Source: Candidatus Krumholzibacteriota bacterium
GTDB lineage: Bacteria; Krumholzibacteriota; Krumholzibacteriia; JAJRXK01
Assembly (NCBI GenBank): GCA_963764625.1
Contig: CAVXTH010000006.1
Location: 320,001-384,000, forward strand
Length of the DNA: 64,000 nt
Direction: 5' to 3'
In this document: positions 62,789-64,000 of the stretch, in pieces
Numbering within the stretch: position 1 is the first letter of the stretch
How the letters are laid out: each line of letters starts with the position of its first letter
Notes under the pieces: model-generated
Databases searched by the model: none
The model's input: the letters and a program-made list of their open reading frames with translations, nothing else
What the model was told of the DNA's origin: nothing
Made by a program: the position numbers and the translations under genes

Positions 62789-64000
62789 ATGGTCGTCTAT
62801 AACTACAGCGGTAAGGAAATCAACGCGAAGATCGTCTATTACGGTCCCGCGCTCAGCGGTAAGACCACCAATCTGGAGTGGATCTACTCGAAGATCCCTC
62901 TGGAGTACTCGGGCAAGATGATCTCGCTGCGAACCCAAACTGACCGCACGATTTTCTTCGATTTCCTCCCCTTGGAGCTGGGGCTGATCGATGGCTTCAA
63001 GACTCGCTTCATGCTCTACACGGTACCCGGGCAGGTCTACTACAACGCCACCCGGAAGATGGTGCTCAAGGGAGCCGATGGAGTGGTCTTCGTCGCGGAC
63101 AGCGAAGAGGACCGGATGGAGGACAACCTGGAGAGTCTGCAAAACCTCAAGGACAATCTGGAAGAGATCGGCCTGGATCCTCACACCATTCCGATCGTCT
63201 TGCAGTGGAACAAGCGTGATTTACCCTCAACGGTCGAAACCGAGCAGCTGGAGCGCCAACTCAACCCGGAAGGCCATCCCTCCTTCGCCGCCTGCGCGCT
63301 AACCGGCGAGGGCGTGTACGAATCCCTGCACCAGATCAGCCGCATGATCTACCGCAATCTCACCACCGAAGAGGGAATGGTTCCTGCGGCGAACCAGAAT
63401 CCCGAGAACGTTTCCTCGCTCTTTGGCGAGGACATCGAGGCCCGCCTGCGGGACGTGGACTACCCGGACCCGACCCTCAAGGACTCCGTGACTCTGCAGG
63501 GTTCTCCCACGGTCGGCGGCGCGAGCTCGAAGGATACGGATGTGCTGAGCTCGATCCTGGGCAGCTTGAACTCCCCAGTCCTGAACGAGGACAAGAGCGA
63601 ACAATCTCAGGAGAGTGCCGAGACGGTGGCGGTGGGGGCGCGGACGGCGGCTGCGGCTGGCGAGGGACAGTCCCCCGTCGGTTCACAATCAGGATTCGAA
63701 ACGAAAGGCCCAGAGAACATGTCCCAGAGGCCCACCCCATCCGGCGATTCGCTGGCAGAGCGTCAGATTGGCTCGGATCAGTCCAGGAGCCAGCCCACGC
63801 GCCCGATCCAGCCCGCGCCGACAAGAGCTCACTCCCAAGAATCTCCTCTCGTGGACGAAGCAGTGGCGGATCTCGTCGACAGCCTCTTTAGCCCCAGTGA
63901 AGAGGGTGCAAGCGAAGAGCCCGTCGAGAACGACGAACTGGCCTATGAATCCGACTTTGGCCGCATGGTCGATCTGGGACCGGACTCCCAGGCGGGGAAG
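62789..64000 (+). CDS. mglA: MglA-family small Ras-like GTPase with long acidic low-complexity C-terminal extension (3' truncated; absent from the ORF track)
   Basis: Manual translation MVVYNYSGKEINAKIVYYGPALSGKTTNL...TDRTIFFDFLPL...LYTVPGQVYY...GADGVVFVADS...WNKRDL; frame stays open to the window end. Confidence 0.92.
   Translation, partial: MVVYNYSGKEINAKIVYYGPALSGKTTNLEWIYSKIPLEYSGKMISLRTQTDRTIFFDFLPLELGLIDGFKTRFMLYTVPGQVYYNATRKMVLKGADGVVFVADSEEDRMEDNLESLQNLKDNLEEIGLDPHTIPIVLQWNKRDLPSTVETEQLERQLNPEGHPSFAACALTGEGVYESLHQISRMIYRNLTTEEGMVPAANQNPENVSSLFGEDIEARLRDVDYPDPTLKDSVTLQGSPTVGGASSKDTDVLSSILGSLNSPVLNEDKSEQSQESAETVAVGARTAAAAGEGQSPVGSQSGFETKGPENMSQRPTPSGDSLAERQIGSDQSRSQPTRPIQPAPTRAHSQESPLVDEAVADLVDSLFSPSEEGASEEPVENDELAYESDFGRMVDLGPDSQAGK

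Noticed and set aside
1-64000. Selenoproteins (UGA read-through) or tRNA-Sec, prompted by selA
   Set aside because: The TGA stops I examined fall at natural C-termini; I saw no in-frame UGA at a Cys-equivalent position and no tRNA cloverleaf (by eye, not exhaustive)
1-64000. CRISPR arrays, IS elements, prophage or defence systems
   Set aside because: No spaced direct repeats, transposase, integrase or phage genes recognised; the DUF151 nuclease is a common housekeeping-context gene

Overview
GC-rich, gene-dense chromosomal window, almost all on the + strand, from a diderm bacterium. A T9SS-type C-terminal domain, DUF2723 and an MglA/zinc-ribbon module suggest an FCB-group-adjacent lineage such as Krumholzibacteriota, Latescibacterota or Eisenbacteria (inference only). 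Contents in order: DUF2914 tail, DUF151 nuclease, gamma-CA-like protein, LpoA-like lipoprotein, tonB (-), selA, a degenerate BY-kinase-TM-SPOR gene, smc-ftsY, ribD-ribE-ribBA-ribH-nusB, a ~20 kb cell-surface glycosylation locus, a dcw cluster with a STAS-like gene between mraZ and rsmH, TPR, radical SAM and TPR-parvulin genes, and recG. The glycosylation locus holds a TMEM260-like DUF2723, YfhO and a third GT-C, a polyprenol-P-mannose synthase, a flippase-like protein, a GT2/pseudo-PGT fusion, a PorZ-like protein and a soluble PglF/CapD. The right end carries three genes, each preceded by a sigma54-type -24/-12 box: a zinc-ribbon/RomX-like protein, an unknown protein, and an orphan MglA-like GTPase with a long tail (missing from the ORF track). 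About ten reading-frame breaks, including in smc and ftsI and nearly all +1, most likely reflect sequencing or assembly indels. I recognised no rRNA, tRNA, CRISPR array or mobile element. All family calls come from motif recognition, not database searches.
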